From a virus: a DNA stretch of 64,000 nt. The DNA lies in IMG/VR virus record IMGVR_UViG_3300028581_000013, one strand, 5' to 3'. The position numbers were made by a program, and so were the translations under genes. The notes under the pieces were generated by a model. That model searched no databases and had not been told where the DNA came from. It was given only the letters and a program-made list of their open reading frames with translations. Below, in pieces: positions 37,927 through 47,935 of the stretch (positions are counted from its first letter, which is position 1; each line of letters begins with the position of its first letter).

Positions 37927-39032
37927 TGATCAATAGGGATCAGGCACTTCATTGTGCTGGTGTATTTAAAGATTACTTTAGTAACATTGGAAGTACCGAA
38001 GAATACATGCGTGATGAGAAACTGAAGAATGTGGCTGATATGCCATCTTCTTTATTTCCAATTGAAGATGATTTATTCTCCGATTTCACAATGCACCCAA
38101 AAGATATGGATATTGAAGTGTGTGAAATACCAAACGATGTTTGGGAACCTTTACTTGCCATTACCAGTTCACACATCAATAAAGCACCAGTTGGTAAGAA
38201 TATTCAATTGGCAGTCAAAGAAAGAAACTCAGGAAAGATTCTAGGATTCATTCGTTTGGGTTCACCAGTAATCTATATGAAACCTCGTAATGACTACCTA
38301 GGACAAGTTTGGATTCAAAATGAAGATACTGCCAAGCGGTTCAATACGGCTTGTGTTATGGGTTTCGTAATTGTACCATCTCAACCATTTGGTTTTAATT
38401 ATCTAGGCGGTAAACTTTTATCTGCCATTTGTGCCAGTCATACCGTAAGAGAAATCTGTAATAAAAAATACGATATGAATATCTGCTTGTTTGAAACTAC
38501 CAGTTTATATGGAAGTACCAAATCGGTTTCACAATATGATGGCATGAAACCTTACATTCGTTTTAAAGGCTTAACAGAATCAGATATTGTGCCAATGATG
38601 CACGGCCAAAGATATACTGATTTGAAAAAATACGTGGAGGATATTACTGGTGATTTATTGGGTGGAGATACTTCAACAACGAGTAGAAAACTCAGAACAT
38701 TCACTAAGATTATTGCTCTCACCAAAGCTGCTTTAAAAGGAACACCTGAAGGAGATGCTTTCTCTTTAACGATTGACAATGCCAAAAAGTTGACAGAAAA
38801 GAAACGATATTATATTTCTGATTATGGATTTAAAAATACTGTTGATTACATGAATTGTAAGACCGACAAACTTTTACCTGGTGAAAATTACAAGAAACAT
38901 GAACTATCAAATGTAATCGAATGGTGGCGGAGTAAAGCTATAAATAGATATGAAACCCTTAAAGCTGAGGGTAGATTACGAACAGAACTTGAAGTATGGA
39001 CTTCAGGTAAAGACATTCAAATTATTAGGTAA
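37923..39032 (+). CDS. DUF4338/DruA-like protein, paralog 2
   Basis: QPFGFNYLGGKLLS and ETTSLYG..SQYDG; ATGA-coupled to gp41. Confidence 0.6.
   Translation: MMINRDQALHCAGVFKDYFSNIGSTEEYMRDEKLKNVADMPSSLFPIEDDLFSDFTMHPKDMDIEVCEIPNDVWEPLLAITSSHINKAPVGKNIQLAVKERNSGKILGFIRLGSPVIYMKPRNDYLGQVWIQNEDTAKRFNTACVMGFVIVPSQPFGFNYLGGKLLSAICASHTVREICNKKYDMNICLFETTSLYGSTKSVSQYDGMKPYIRFKGLTESDIVPMMHGQRYTDLKKYVEDITGDLLGGDTSTTSRKLRTFTKIIALTKAALKGTPEGDAFSLTIDNAKKLTEKKRYYISDYGFKNTVDYMNCKTDKLLPGENYKKHELSNVIEWWRSKAINRYETLKAEGRLRTELEVWTSGKDIQIIR
38939..38946 (+). promoter_or_regulatory. Late promoter inside the 3' end of the upstream gene
   Basis: TATAAATA 90 nt before ORF 39036. Confidence 0.5.
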
Positions 39033-39035
39033 AAA

Positions 39036-40298
39036 ATGGCAAAAAAAGAAGATGCTCAAGAAACTGCTCAAGCATTATTTTGTGCTTTAGCTGATTTTCA
39101 TGGTGTGGCCAACATCGATAAAATCTTTAATGAAAAAGCATATCCATCTTATTTTGATTTTAAGGCTTTTTGGAACAAAAAATACCCAAACGCTAGTATA
39201 GAGAAAACATTTCAAAAGAAACTTTTATCTGGTAAATCTTCACTACAAGAAGTTGAAGATTTGTTGTATGGAGTTCAAGAAAAATCTAAAAGTAAAAAAA
39301 CAGAGTGGTACCGATCTTCTTTACACATTGCCGCACAGTTGATGAAAGACATCTCCACCATTTCAAAAAATTTTAATTATATAAAGTCGAAAAATTGGTC
39401 TGATATTTTTTATGCTCAAGGTGATAAAGAAGTTATGGAAAATATTGCGAAACTTTATAAAAAAGCCAACGACAATCAAAAAAAATTAATAGAAAACAAA
39501 AATAAAAATAAAGCTCCTGCATCTGAAATTATAAAAATTTCAAGACCTTTTGATAACATTAATAAATGGTCCACGGCTGATATTTATTTTGCTTCTGATG
39601 ATGCCAAAAAACAAATTTCAGATTTAGTATCCGAAAAACAATTAGATTATACAAAATTAAATGCGTTTATAAGTAAAAACATTTCAAATGGTGATATATT
39701 GCCATTATCATTAAAAAAACAACCAAATGAAGTTAAAATTTTAAAAGTTAATTTCAATCGACCCCAAGAACAAAAAGACATTGATAAGTTGGAATATGGT
39801 GGTATTAGTAATTGGAAAAAATATGATGAAAATACTGATATAAAAAAATATACAAGAACACTATTAGTTTATATGTCAAAAGATAAAAGCATGGAATTAC
39901 AAATGCGCCACGACCCCTCAACAGAAGGTTACAAAGGTGTTGTAAAACTTTCAGGTGCAGGTGCTTTTGAGGGCAGTTTATCTGCTGGACCTATAGCTGA
40001 TCTATTGTGCACAATAGATTTATCTTTTGGAAAAAAATGGTATAAAGTATATCAAGATGCAAACAGAATTTTTAAAGACTATAAAGTAATTCTTGATAAA
40101 GAACTAAAAGAAAAAGATAGAGATCAATATGATGAAAAAAGAGAAAAAGCCAGTGCAAAAGTTACAAACGAAGTAAATCCTGTTTTGATTAGTTGGCTAA
40201 ATAAGGACAAACAAAATGCAGACCTTTTCATTCGTAATGTTTACACCTACGCAACTGCTCGTTCTACAAATTCATCAAAATATGTTATAGCAAAATAA
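39036..40298 (+). CDS. Hypothetical protein, possible PD-(D/E)xK endonuclease
   Basis: AQE N-terminus, NKWSTADIY, PLSLKK; Lys-rich and AT-rich. Confidence 0.5.
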   Translation: MAKKEDAQETAQALFCALADFHGVANIDKIFNEKAYPSYFDFKAFWNKKYPNASIEKTFQKKLLSGKSSLQEVEDLLYGVQEKSKSKKTEWYRSSLHIAAQLMKDISTISKNFNYIKSKNWSDIFYAQGDKEVMENIAKLYKKANDNQKKLIENKNKNKAPASEIIKISRPFDNINKWSTADIYFASDDAKKQISDLVSEKQLDYTKLNAFISKNISNGDILPLSLKKQPNEVKILKVNFNRPQEQKDIDKLEYGGISNWKKYDENTDIKKYTRTLLVYMSKDKSMELQMRHDPSTEGYKGVVKLSGAGAFEGSLSAGPIADLLCTIDLSFGKKWYKVYQDANRIFKDYKVILDKELKEKDRDQYDEKREKASAKVTNEVNPVLISWLNKDKQNADLFIRNVYTYATARSTNSSKYVIAK

Positions 40299-40299
40299 A

Positions 40300-40767
40300 A
40301 TGACCCTAGACGATATAGAAAACGCAATCTTTCAAGGCCAAAAAGGTTTCGACCAAGCACTTGACCTTATAGAAAGATACAAAACAAATAAAAAACATTT
40401 TCTAAATGATGGAAGATTGATTGCTATTAATCAACGAGTTAATGGTGTCAAACAAAAATTAAATACCATACCAACACAATTCTTAAATAAAATATCAGTA
40501 ACAATTAGATATAAAAACTATATTAGAAGTGTTACACCGGTTGGTAAAATAGAAAGTGTAAGCGCTACAGCAACAAAAGTTTTAGAGATAGTAACTGAAG
40601 ATAGTAACAAAAGAATATTGAGTGCAAAAGAACCTGCTACCAAAAGAAATAGACAATATGAAAAAACCGAAGTAATAAAGTTCTTTCATCAAAATTACAA
40701 TTCTATCGTTGCCTTGTTCGAACTATATAATTTACTACAAGATATAAAAGATGTGATTAACAATTAG
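40300..40767 (+). CDS. Hypothetical protein
   Basis: 155 aa; weak resemblance to the helical parts of ORF 47936. Confidence 0.55.
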   Translation: MTLDDIENAIFQGQKGFDQALDLIERYKTNKKHFLNDGRLIAINQRVNGVKQKLNTIPTQFLNKISVTIRYKNYIRSVTPVGKIESVSATATKVLEIVTEDSNKRILSAKEPATKRNRQYEKTEVIKFFHQNYNSIVALFELYNLLQDIKDVINN

Positions 40768-40775
40768 GTGATAAT

Positions 40776-41057
40776 ATGGCTTTAGTTGATTTCGATAAAG
40801 TATTACAAGAATATACTGACGATGATGATGATTTTGGTTTTTCTGCCGTTTCTGAAGAAGAATATAATTCAGTTATAAACAAAACAGCAGAGACCGCTGA
40901 TGACTATAAATTAAGATTGAATGAAGTTGAGAAAATGATTATTCCTTTCCTTAAAAAATTACATTCAACCGGAGATAAAGAATACATATATTGGCCGAAT
41001 CGTAAACCAATTATAGAGAAACAAATAGAGAGAATACTGAAACTAACAAGAGATTAA
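40776..41057 (+). CDS. Conserved hypothetical protein
   Basis: DDFGFSAV, EYIYWPNR. Confidence 0.7.
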   Translation: MALVDFDKVLQEYTDDDDDFGFSAVSEEEYNSVINKTAETADDYKLRLNEVEKMIIPFLKKLHSTGDKEYIYWPNRKPIIEKQIERILKLTRD

Positions 41058-41060
41058 ATT

Positions 41061-41774
41061 ATGTCTGCTACTGTGATTATACCAACCACTGGATCACCAG
41101 AGGTCAAAACTGCCGTTGAATCTGTTTTAAATCAAAGCCATCCTACTGATTGTTATGTTGTCATTGATGGTGACCAATATATGGACAAAACACTGGAGGC
41201 GTTGGGTTCAGCTGTTGATGACACACGAGTTCATATCTGTGCTTTACCAATCAATGTAGGTGCCAAAGGATTTTATGGCCACCGTGTCTATGCCGCTTTC
41301 ACTCATCTAGTCAATACAGAGTACATTGCTTATCTTGACCAAGATAATTGGTTATATCGGTCACATGTAGAAAACTGTATCAAAACAATTAACACAAGAA
41401 GTTTAGATTGGTGTTATTCTTTACGCCAAGTGTATAACAAACAAGGTAAGTTTGTTTGTTTTGATGACTGTGAATCGTTAGGTATTTGGCCAACATACCA
41501 CGGAGTTCATCACATAGATACTAATTGTTACTTCATTAAAACGGAAGTAGCAAATAAAATTGCAAGTGTTTGGCATGGTGGTTGGGGTCAAGATAGAGTA
41601 TTTCTACAAGCAATCACAAAACACTTTCCCAAATTCTATTGCACAAGTGAATATACAACCTGTTATAGAGTAGATGGTGGTAAAGGTTCTGTTACAGCAG
41701 AATTCTTTGAAAATGGTAATAAAGTAATGAATGAAAAATATAATGGAGAATACCCATGGCGGAAAAAAGCTTAA
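41061..41774 (+). CDS. Glycosyltransferase family 2
   Basis: TVIIPT, VIDG, YLDQDNW. Confidence 0.85.
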   Translation: MSATVIIPTTGSPEVKTAVESVLNQSHPTDCYVVIDGDQYMDKTLEALGSAVDDTRVHICALPINVGAKGFYGHRVYAAFTHLVNTEYIAYLDQDNWLYRSHVENCIKTINTRSLDWCYSLRQVYNKQGKFVCFDDCESLGIWPTYHGVHHIDTNCYFIKTEVANKIASVWHGGWGQDRVFLQAITKHFPKFYCTSEYTTCYRVDGGKGSVTAEFFENGNKVMNEKYNGEYPWRKKA

Positions 41775-42607
41775 TAATTGGTGCTATAACCAACTATGAT
41801 TTCGATAAGGTTGCACCTTGGGTAAAATCAATTAATGAAACTGGTTTTGTTGGTGATAAGATAATGGTTGTTTTTAATTCGACATTAGAAACAGTTGAAA
41901 AACTTGTTCAACACGATTTCAAAGTTGTTGTGGTTGGCCAAGAAGATAAAGAAAACAAAAGATTTGTACACCAATCACATCTACCAATTCATGTAGAAAG
42001 ATTCTTTCACATTTATAACATTTTAAAAGATAATTGGGAATTCTATGACTATGTTATTACAACAGATGTTAAAGACATTATCTTTCAAAGTAATCCAGTG
42101 GATTGGTTAAAAGATAATTTAAACGACAAGAAATTGGTTGCTGGTTCAGAGGCCATTCAATACATGCATGAGCCTTGGGGTAATCAAAATCTACTAGAAA
42201 CTTATGGCCAATATTTTTACGACCAATTTAAAGATTGTGAAATCTATAATGTAGGAACACTAGGTGGTGAATCTGAATATATGAAAGATTTGTGTTTAAA
42301 TATATTCTTGTCTGCTATTAATCGTCCAATACCAATTGTTGACCAAGCTGTATTTAATGTACTGATACAGACCTTGCCATTTAGAGATGTTATTCATTTT
42401 GCAAGACAACGAGATGGTTGGGCTTGTCAAGCAGGCACAACAGTTGATCCATCTAAAATAGAATCTTTTAGACCACATTTACTAGAAGAAGAACCAGATT
42501 TTATTGATGGTTATGTTTATACATCCACAGGAAAAAAGTTTTGTATTGTTCACCAATACGACCGGGTTCCTGAATGGAGAAAAATTATCGAGGCGAGATA
42601 CAAATGA
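41756..42607 (+). CDS. Putative GT-A glycosyltransferase
   Basis: TTDVKDIIFQSNP, NVG, DQAVFN, HQYDR. Confidence 0.65.
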   Translation: MAEKSLIIGAITNYDFDKVAPWVKSINETGFVGDKIMVVFNSTLETVEKLVQHDFKVVVVGQEDKENKRFVHQSHLPIHVERFFHIYNILKDNWEFYDYVITTDVKDIIFQSNPVDWLKDNLNDKKLVAGSEAIQYMHEPWGNQNLLETYGQYFYDQFKDCEIYNVGTLGGESEYMKDLCLNIFLSAINRPIPIVDQAVFNVLIQTLPFRDVIHFARQRDGWACQAGTTVDPSKIESFRPHLLEEEPDFIDGYVYTSTGKKFCIVHQYDRVPEWRKIIEARYK

Positions 42608-43605
42608 AAATTTTTATAACAGGATTAGCAGGATTCTTGGGCAGCCATTTGGCCGACAGAATGATAGAACTTGGCCATGAAGTTATTGGTAATGATACAC
42701 TCATTGGTGGTTATGTTGACAATGTACCAATCAAAGCAAAGCTATATGTGGTCGATTGTTGTAAGGTTGATGAGATGGCACAGATTATGAAAGGTTGTGA
42801 TATTGTAATACACACAGCTGCCACAGCACATGAAGGTCTTTCAGTTTTTAGTCCAAGTTTTATTACTCGAAATATATTTGAAGCTTCTGTAGCTACAATC
42901 TCTGCGGCAATTCAAAATAAAGTAAAACGATTCGTATACTGCACTTCAATGGCACGATACGGTGACCAAAATACTCCGTTTACTGAAGATATGAAACCAA
43001 GACCAGTTGATCCATATGGTATTGCCAAAGTTGCTGGTGAAGAAGTTTTAAAAGCTCTAGGTGAAACACATAACATGCAATGGAACATTGCTGTACCTCA
43101 CAACATTGTGGGACCAAGGCAGAGATATGATGATCCTTTCCGTAATGTAATGAGTATTATGATTAATAGAAATCTACAAGGTAAACCATCTATTATTTAC
43201 GGAGATGGTTTACAAACAAGATGTTTTTCTTATATTGATGATTGCATTTCTTGTTTAGAGAAAATGGCACTTGATCCTAACTTGACACATCAAATTATCA
43301 ATATTGGTCCCGATGAAGGAACAATTACAGTAAAAGAAATGTCAAAAATGGTTGCTGAAGAATGTGGATTTGAAGGAGAACCAATACATATGCCAGATCG
43401 GCCAAGAGAAGTCAAACACGCATCTTGTTCTGCTGATAAAGCAAGACGCTTATTGAATTATGAAACAAAGACGGATTTGAAAACGTCAATCAAAAAAACC
43501 GTGGACTATATCAAACAAAAAGGAACAAAACAATTCGATTATTCTTATCCATTGGAAATTATCTCAGATAAAACTCCAGCAACATGGAAAGATAGGTTGA
43601 TGTAA
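42604..43605 (+). CDS. NAD-dependent nucleotide-sugar epimerase/dehydratase
   Basis: ITGLAGFLGSH, YGIAK, HNIVGP, GDGLQTRCFSYIDD. Confidence 0.93.
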   Translation: MKIFITGLAGFLGSHLADRMIELGHEVIGNDTLIGGYVDNVPIKAKLYVVDCCKVDEMAQIMKGCDIVIHTAATAHEGLSVFSPSFITRNIFEASVATISAAIQNKVKRFVYCTSMARYGDQNTPFTEDMKPRPVDPYGIAKVAGEEVLKALGETHNMQWNIAVPHNIVGPRQRYDDPFRNVMSIMINRNLQGKPSIIYGDGLQTRCFSYIDDCISCLEKMALDPNLTHQIINIGPDEGTITVKEMSKMVAEECGFEGEPIHMPDRPREVKHASCSADKARRLLNYETKTDLKTSIKKTVDYIKQKGTKQFDYSYPLEIISDKTPATWKDRLM

Positions 43606-44327
43606 TGGCGACAATAGGTTTCTTTAACTGTGTTTCAACACAACCAAAAGCTACAGAACATTCTATACAATCAATACGAAAGTTTCATCCAGATAGTTTC
43701 TTTATGATTGCTTGTGATGCAGGTCCAGATTATTATACATTATGTAAAGAGTATAATATCGAATATTATCATTCACAGAAAAGTTTAAGTTATCCGGTTC
43801 AACCATATGGTTACAGAAAAGAAAAAATATTGGAATGGTTGAGTAGATTCTATATCGCTTGTATTAAAACCAACACAACACATTTGATGATGGTTGAAGA
43901 TGATGTGGTATTGATTAAACCAGTAACGGTTGAGGATGATTGGGAGGTATCTGGTCATGCAACAACTCATGCAAATCTATTTCATCCAGAATTTACAAAG
44001 ATGATACACGAATATTCTGGAGTTTATCCTGATGTTCAAGGTTATGGTGCTGGTGGTGGTTCGATATTCAAAGTAAAAACATTTATAGACAATTACTTTG
44101 GCATTGTAGAATTTATTGATAAAAATGCTGACTACATACAAGATAACTTCTATCCTACGATGGGTTGGATGGATTGTTATATGACATACTACTATTTGTT
44201 GTGTGGTAAAAAATATACGAACAATCCTCACTTGTTCAACATTTGGCCAACAGATAAAAATTATGATATTAATAATGTGCCATCTGAAATGGAAATAGTT
44301 CACAACTATAAGAATTATTATGTATGA
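43605..44327 (+). CDS. Putative glycosyltransferase
   Basis: MMVEDDV, GGSIF; lies in glycan cluster. Confidence 0.55.
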   Translation: MATIGFFNCVSTQPKATEHSIQSIRKFHPDSFFMIACDAGPDYYTLCKEYNIEYYHSQKSLSYPVQPYGYRKEKILEWLSRFYIACIKTNTTHLMMVEDDVVLIKPVTVEDDWEVSGHATTHANLFHPEFTKMIHEYSGVYPDVQGYGAGGGSIFKVKTFIDNYFGIVEFIDKNADYIQDNFYPTMGWMDCYMTYYYLLCGKKYTNNPHLFNIWPTDKNYDINNVPSEMEIVHNYKNYYV

Positions 44328-44955
44328 AAATTATAAGGTAGTATCTCCAGGCCATCTGTTTCAAATTAGAACTGGTCCTGGCCCCGATTATAGTGAAACA
44401 TATTCCAAAACAAGATATGATTTATATCCGACAACGGATAAAATGTCGCAGTTGAGATATTCTATAATTGAATCAAATATTGGCCGTGTCAATTCAATTT
44501 GTGACTTTGGTTATGGTAACGGAAGTTTTTTAAAATATTGCCACATAGAAGGACGCAAAACTTTTGGTTACGATATATCTAACTATCAATTACCATCTTA
44601 CGTTACTAAGGTAGATAATCCAGACAATGTTGAAGTTGATGTAATGACTTTTTTCGACTCACTAGAACATTTAGATGTGGAAGATTTGACACCAATTCTC
44701 AAAGCAAAGAAAACAAAATATTTTGTTATTTCTGTTCCTTGGTATCACGAATCATGTGGAAAAGAATGGTTTATGAATTGGAAACACCGTAGAGAGAATG
44801 AACACTTCCACCATTTTGATTGTAATGGACTGACAAAATTATTAGTTGATGCTGGTTGTAAGATAATTCATGTGTGTAACGATGAAGATAAAATTAGAAC
44901 TCCTTTTAGTGACTTACCAAATATTTTAACGATTGTGGCAAAAAAGAATGATTGA
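44320..44955 (+). CDS. Class I SAM methyltransferase, paralog A
   Basis: CDFGYGNG, FFDSLEH, ISVPW, EHFHHF. Confidence 0.8.
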   Translation: MYENYKVVSPGHLFQIRTGPGPDYSETYSKTRYDLYPTTDKMSQLRYSIIESNIGRVNSICDFGYGNGSFLKYCHIEGRKTFGYDISNYQLPSYVTKVDNPDNVEVDVMTFFDSLEHLDVEDLTPILKAKKTKYFVISVPWYHESCGKEWFMNWKHRRENEHFHHFDCNGLTKLLVDAGCKIIHVCNDEDKIRTPFSDLPNILTIVAKKND

Positions 44956-45571
44956 TAATTATGAAATGATTGAACCTGGTCATTGGTTTCAAAAGAAACA
45001 AACTGGTGAGATTATGAAGTACGATACTCGATACATGGAGTATTATACAAAAATGAATCTTGCTATGTCAAAATTAAGATTTGATTTATTGGATCGATAT
45101 ACAGACTTTGATTCTATTTGTGATTTTGGTTATGGTGATGGTAAGTTTTTAGAATATTGTAAACACCAGAATGTGTCGAAGTGTTACGGCCATGATATAT
45201 CCAATTTCCCATTACCACAAGGTGTTGAATTTGTACCAGATGTAACCAAACAGCAATTTGATGCCATTACCTTTTTCGATTCAATCGAACATATACCACA
45301 ACCAAACGTCCATGAGTTGCTGGCCTCTTTACAAACCAAATATATTATGATATCATTACCTTGGATGCATGAAGTAATGGGACCTGAATGGTTTAAAACA
45401 TGGAAACACAGAAAAGAAAATGAACATTTCCATCATTTTGATGTTCATGGATTGATTAAGTTGATGCAAAAATCAGGATTCACACCAATACATATATGCA
45501 ACCATGAAGATGAAATTCGTAAACCTGTATCGAATCTTCCAAATATTTTAACTATTATTGCTAAAAAATGA
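44948..45571 (+). CDS. Class I SAM methyltransferase, paralog B
   Basis: CDFGYGDG, FFDSIEH, ISLPW, EHFHHF. Confidence 0.8.
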   Translation: MIDNYEMIEPGHWFQKKQTGEIMKYDTRYMEYYTKMNLAMSKLRFDLLDRYTDFDSICDFGYGDGKFLEYCKHQNVSKCYGHDISNFPLPQGVEFVPDVTKQQFDAITFFDSIEHIPQPNVHELLASLQTKYIMISLPWMHEVMGPEWFKTWKHRKENEHFHHFDVHGLIKLMQKSGFTPIHICNHEDEIRKPVSNLPNILTIIAKK

Positions 45572-46356
45572 ATGATATCACAATCGTAACTGCTTTCTTT
45601 GATATTGGTCGTGGTGATTGGACGCCAGACAAAGGATTGCCACATTATTTACAACGAACAACCAAAACTTATTTGCAAAGATTTAGTCATCTAGCAAAAT
45701 TAGAAAATCCCATGGTCGTATACACATCTAAAGATATGGTAAAAGAAATAGAATATCTAAGGCAAGATAGACCAACACAAATATTAACTCTTGATTTTCA
45801 AAAAAACTTTAAAAAATTGAGAGAAGAAATTACCAGTGTTCAAAAAAATATTGAATATCAAAGTAAAATAAATCCCATGCAAGTAAAAAATCCAGAATAT
45901 TGGAATGCTGACTACGTTCTCGTTAATGCTTTAAAATCGTCTTTTGTTAGTAGGTCTTTGGATCTTATCAAAACCGATTTAATTGCTTGGCTAGATTTTG
46001 GTTATTGTAGAAGTGAATCAACATTGAATGGTGTTAAAAACTGGAAATATTCTTTTGATAAGAATAAAATACATTTCTTTAACATTAAAGAATGGACAGA
46101 AGGAACATACATCCAAGACGTTATTGCCAATAATGACGTACACATTACTGGTCCTTGTATCGTCGCAGGCCGAGAAATGTGGCCAAAATTGGAAGCCATG
46201 GTGCACCATAGTATTAATGAACTTATAAAAAATAATTTAATTGATGACGACCAAACATTATTGTTGATGTCTTATCTGATGAAACCGGAATTGTTTGAAT
46301 TACATCCTGTTTCTAATACAGATTGGTTCATCGTTTTTAAGGAATTTAGTGAATGA
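45568..46356 (+). CDS. HtrL/YibB (WlaTC) family glycosyltransferase-like protein
   Basis: TIVTAFFDIGRGDW, AWLDFGY, DDDQTLLL. Confidence 0.8.
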   Translation: MNDITIVTAFFDIGRGDWTPDKGLPHYLQRTTKTYLQRFSHLAKLENPMVVYTSKDMVKEIEYLRQDRPTQILTLDFQKNFKKLREEITSVQKNIEYQSKINPMQVKNPEYWNADYVLVNALKSSFVSRSLDLIKTDLIAWLDFGYCRSESTLNGVKNWKYSFDKNKIHFFNIKEWTEGTYIQDVIANNDVHITGPCIVAGREMWPKLEAMVHHSINELIKNNLIDDDQTLLLMSYLMKPELFELHPVSNTDWFIVFKEFSE

Positions 46357-47105
46357 AAATATTTCTATCAGGAACATCTAACTTAGGTGACTTTCTAAAT
46401 GGCATGCCAGTATTATCTGGTATCAATAAATCATACGGAAAGATTGATTTAATTATACGACCAGAAATGTCCAAGTTTAAAGGCATCAAGCAATTCTTAT
46501 CTTATCAAGATATATTTTCTGATGTTAACTTTGCAAATGAAGTTTTTGTGTATGGTAATATTACTCACATGAGTAGTTGGCCAATTCGTGAAGATAAAGG
46601 TAATCCTAATCGACCAATAGAAACTTGTCGATATGAAAATTTCATGAAGGACAATTACAATTTAAATTTTGAAGTCGATGATGATTTCACAGTAAAAACA
46701 CCAGAGTGTGATATTGCTGTAAAAGATACTTATTATGTTGGTGACCGTTGGTCTGTAGGTGACATTGATGACCGTAGAGCTACACACACATTAAGTCATT
46801 TGAAAGATTGTGAATTCATTGATTATAATAATGACCTATTAACGAATGCTTATATCATCAAAAATAGTACCAAACCAATCATTACAAGTCTGTCGGGAGT
46901 TTCTGTATTGACCGATTTATTGAATAAAGATGGTTACGTGGTTTGGAAAGCAGAAGATTGGGACATACAGTTTAGAAATGGTGATGACATTTCTTGGGAC
47001 AATGGAAAAAATATTAATACAATTTTCGAAAAGCATTATTACTTGAATAGAAAAATGAAACTGGTACACCAAAACAAATTGGAAGAAATATTAAATGGTC
47101 ATTAA
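46353..47105 (+). CDS. Putative GT-B (GT9-like) glycosyltransferase
   Basis: NLGDFLNGMPVL N-terminus, SG motif. Confidence 0.45.
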   Translation: MKIFLSGTSNLGDFLNGMPVLSGINKSYGKIDLIIRPEMSKFKGIKQFLSYQDIFSDVNFANEVFVYGNITHMSSWPIREDKGNPNRPIETCRYENFMKDNYNLNFEVDDDFTVKTPECDIAVKDTYYVGDRWSVGDIDDRRATHTLSHLKDCEFIDYNNDLLTNAYIIKNSTKPIITSLSGVSVLTDLLNKDGYVVWKAEDWDIQFRNGDDISWDNGKNINTIFEKHYYLNRKMKLVHQNKLEEILNGH

Positions 47106-47799
47106 TATTGCACCAAATACTTTTGGTGGGCCTTTGAGAAATGGTGACATGATAGCACTCCTTAATGCACTAGAATATATTCGAAAAGAAAATCCAGAAG
47201 CAAAGTTTCATATGATGAGTGGTACTATCAACTCAGCTAAGTATTGCCAAGATATGTTTAGTTTTCTTTGTGATAACACGGATTATTTTTCTGTGGAACC
47301 TGGCCAACATATTTTACCATGGAAAAGAGTAAATCTTTGGGACTTTAGAGATATATCTGGTGATATTGCTGAAATTAAAAATACCAAAACAATGAGGAAA
47401 AAAATAGTTGTTTTTCCATTGTTTGATGCTCCATATAACACATATAGAAATTGGCCAAAACAAGTATTTGAAAACATACTCAATGAATATAACAAACCAG
47501 AGTATGCTGAATATGAAAAGTTGATATGCATTCAAAATGAATTACCTCAAACCTATGATGGTTGGAAATATAGTACAGATTTTATGACTAATATTTACCA
47601 CATTATGGAGTCCGAGATATTCATTGGTGCCGAAACGGGTTCTGCCGTTTTTGCATCGGCGCTTGACAAACCACCACAAAAACTGATATACTATTATTCC
47701 AGTCGAGGTTTAATACACACCTTACCATTCAATGTCTTGAGGGGTAAAGGAGAATTAAAAACGTATTGGGGTGATTTTGAAGGTACTTCCTGGCAGTAA
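47095..47799 (+). CDS. Putative GT-B (GT9-like) glycosyltransferase
   Basis: RNGD, RNWP, FIGAETGSAVFASAL (cf. GT9 DSG motif). Confidence 0.55.
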   Translation: MVINIAPNTFGGPLRNGDMIALLNALEYIRKENPEAKFHMMSGTINSAKYCQDMFSFLCDNTDYFSVEPGQHILPWKRVNLWDFRDISGDIAEIKNTKTMRKKIVVFPLFDAPYNTYRNWPKQVFENILNEYNKPEYAEYEKLICIQNELPQTYDGWKYSTDFMTNIYHIMESEIFIGAETGSAVFASALDKPPQKLIYYYSSRGLIHTLPFNVLRGKGELKTYWGDFEGTSWQ

Positions 47800-47871
47800 A
47801 ATCCAACATTTTTGATGACTATGTATCAAACCCAATCTTTCTATGGTTTGGCCATGGGAGGTCAAATGTTG

Positions 47872-47879
47872 TATAAATA
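47872..47879 (+). promoter_or_regulatory. T4-type late promoter
   Basis: Intergenic TATAAATA before the internal-protein cluster. Confidence 0.8.
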
Positions 47880-47935
47880 ATCAAACCGAAGTCGTATTTT
47901 GCAACCATAGTGTGTTGCGTTCTAGAAGGAAATTA

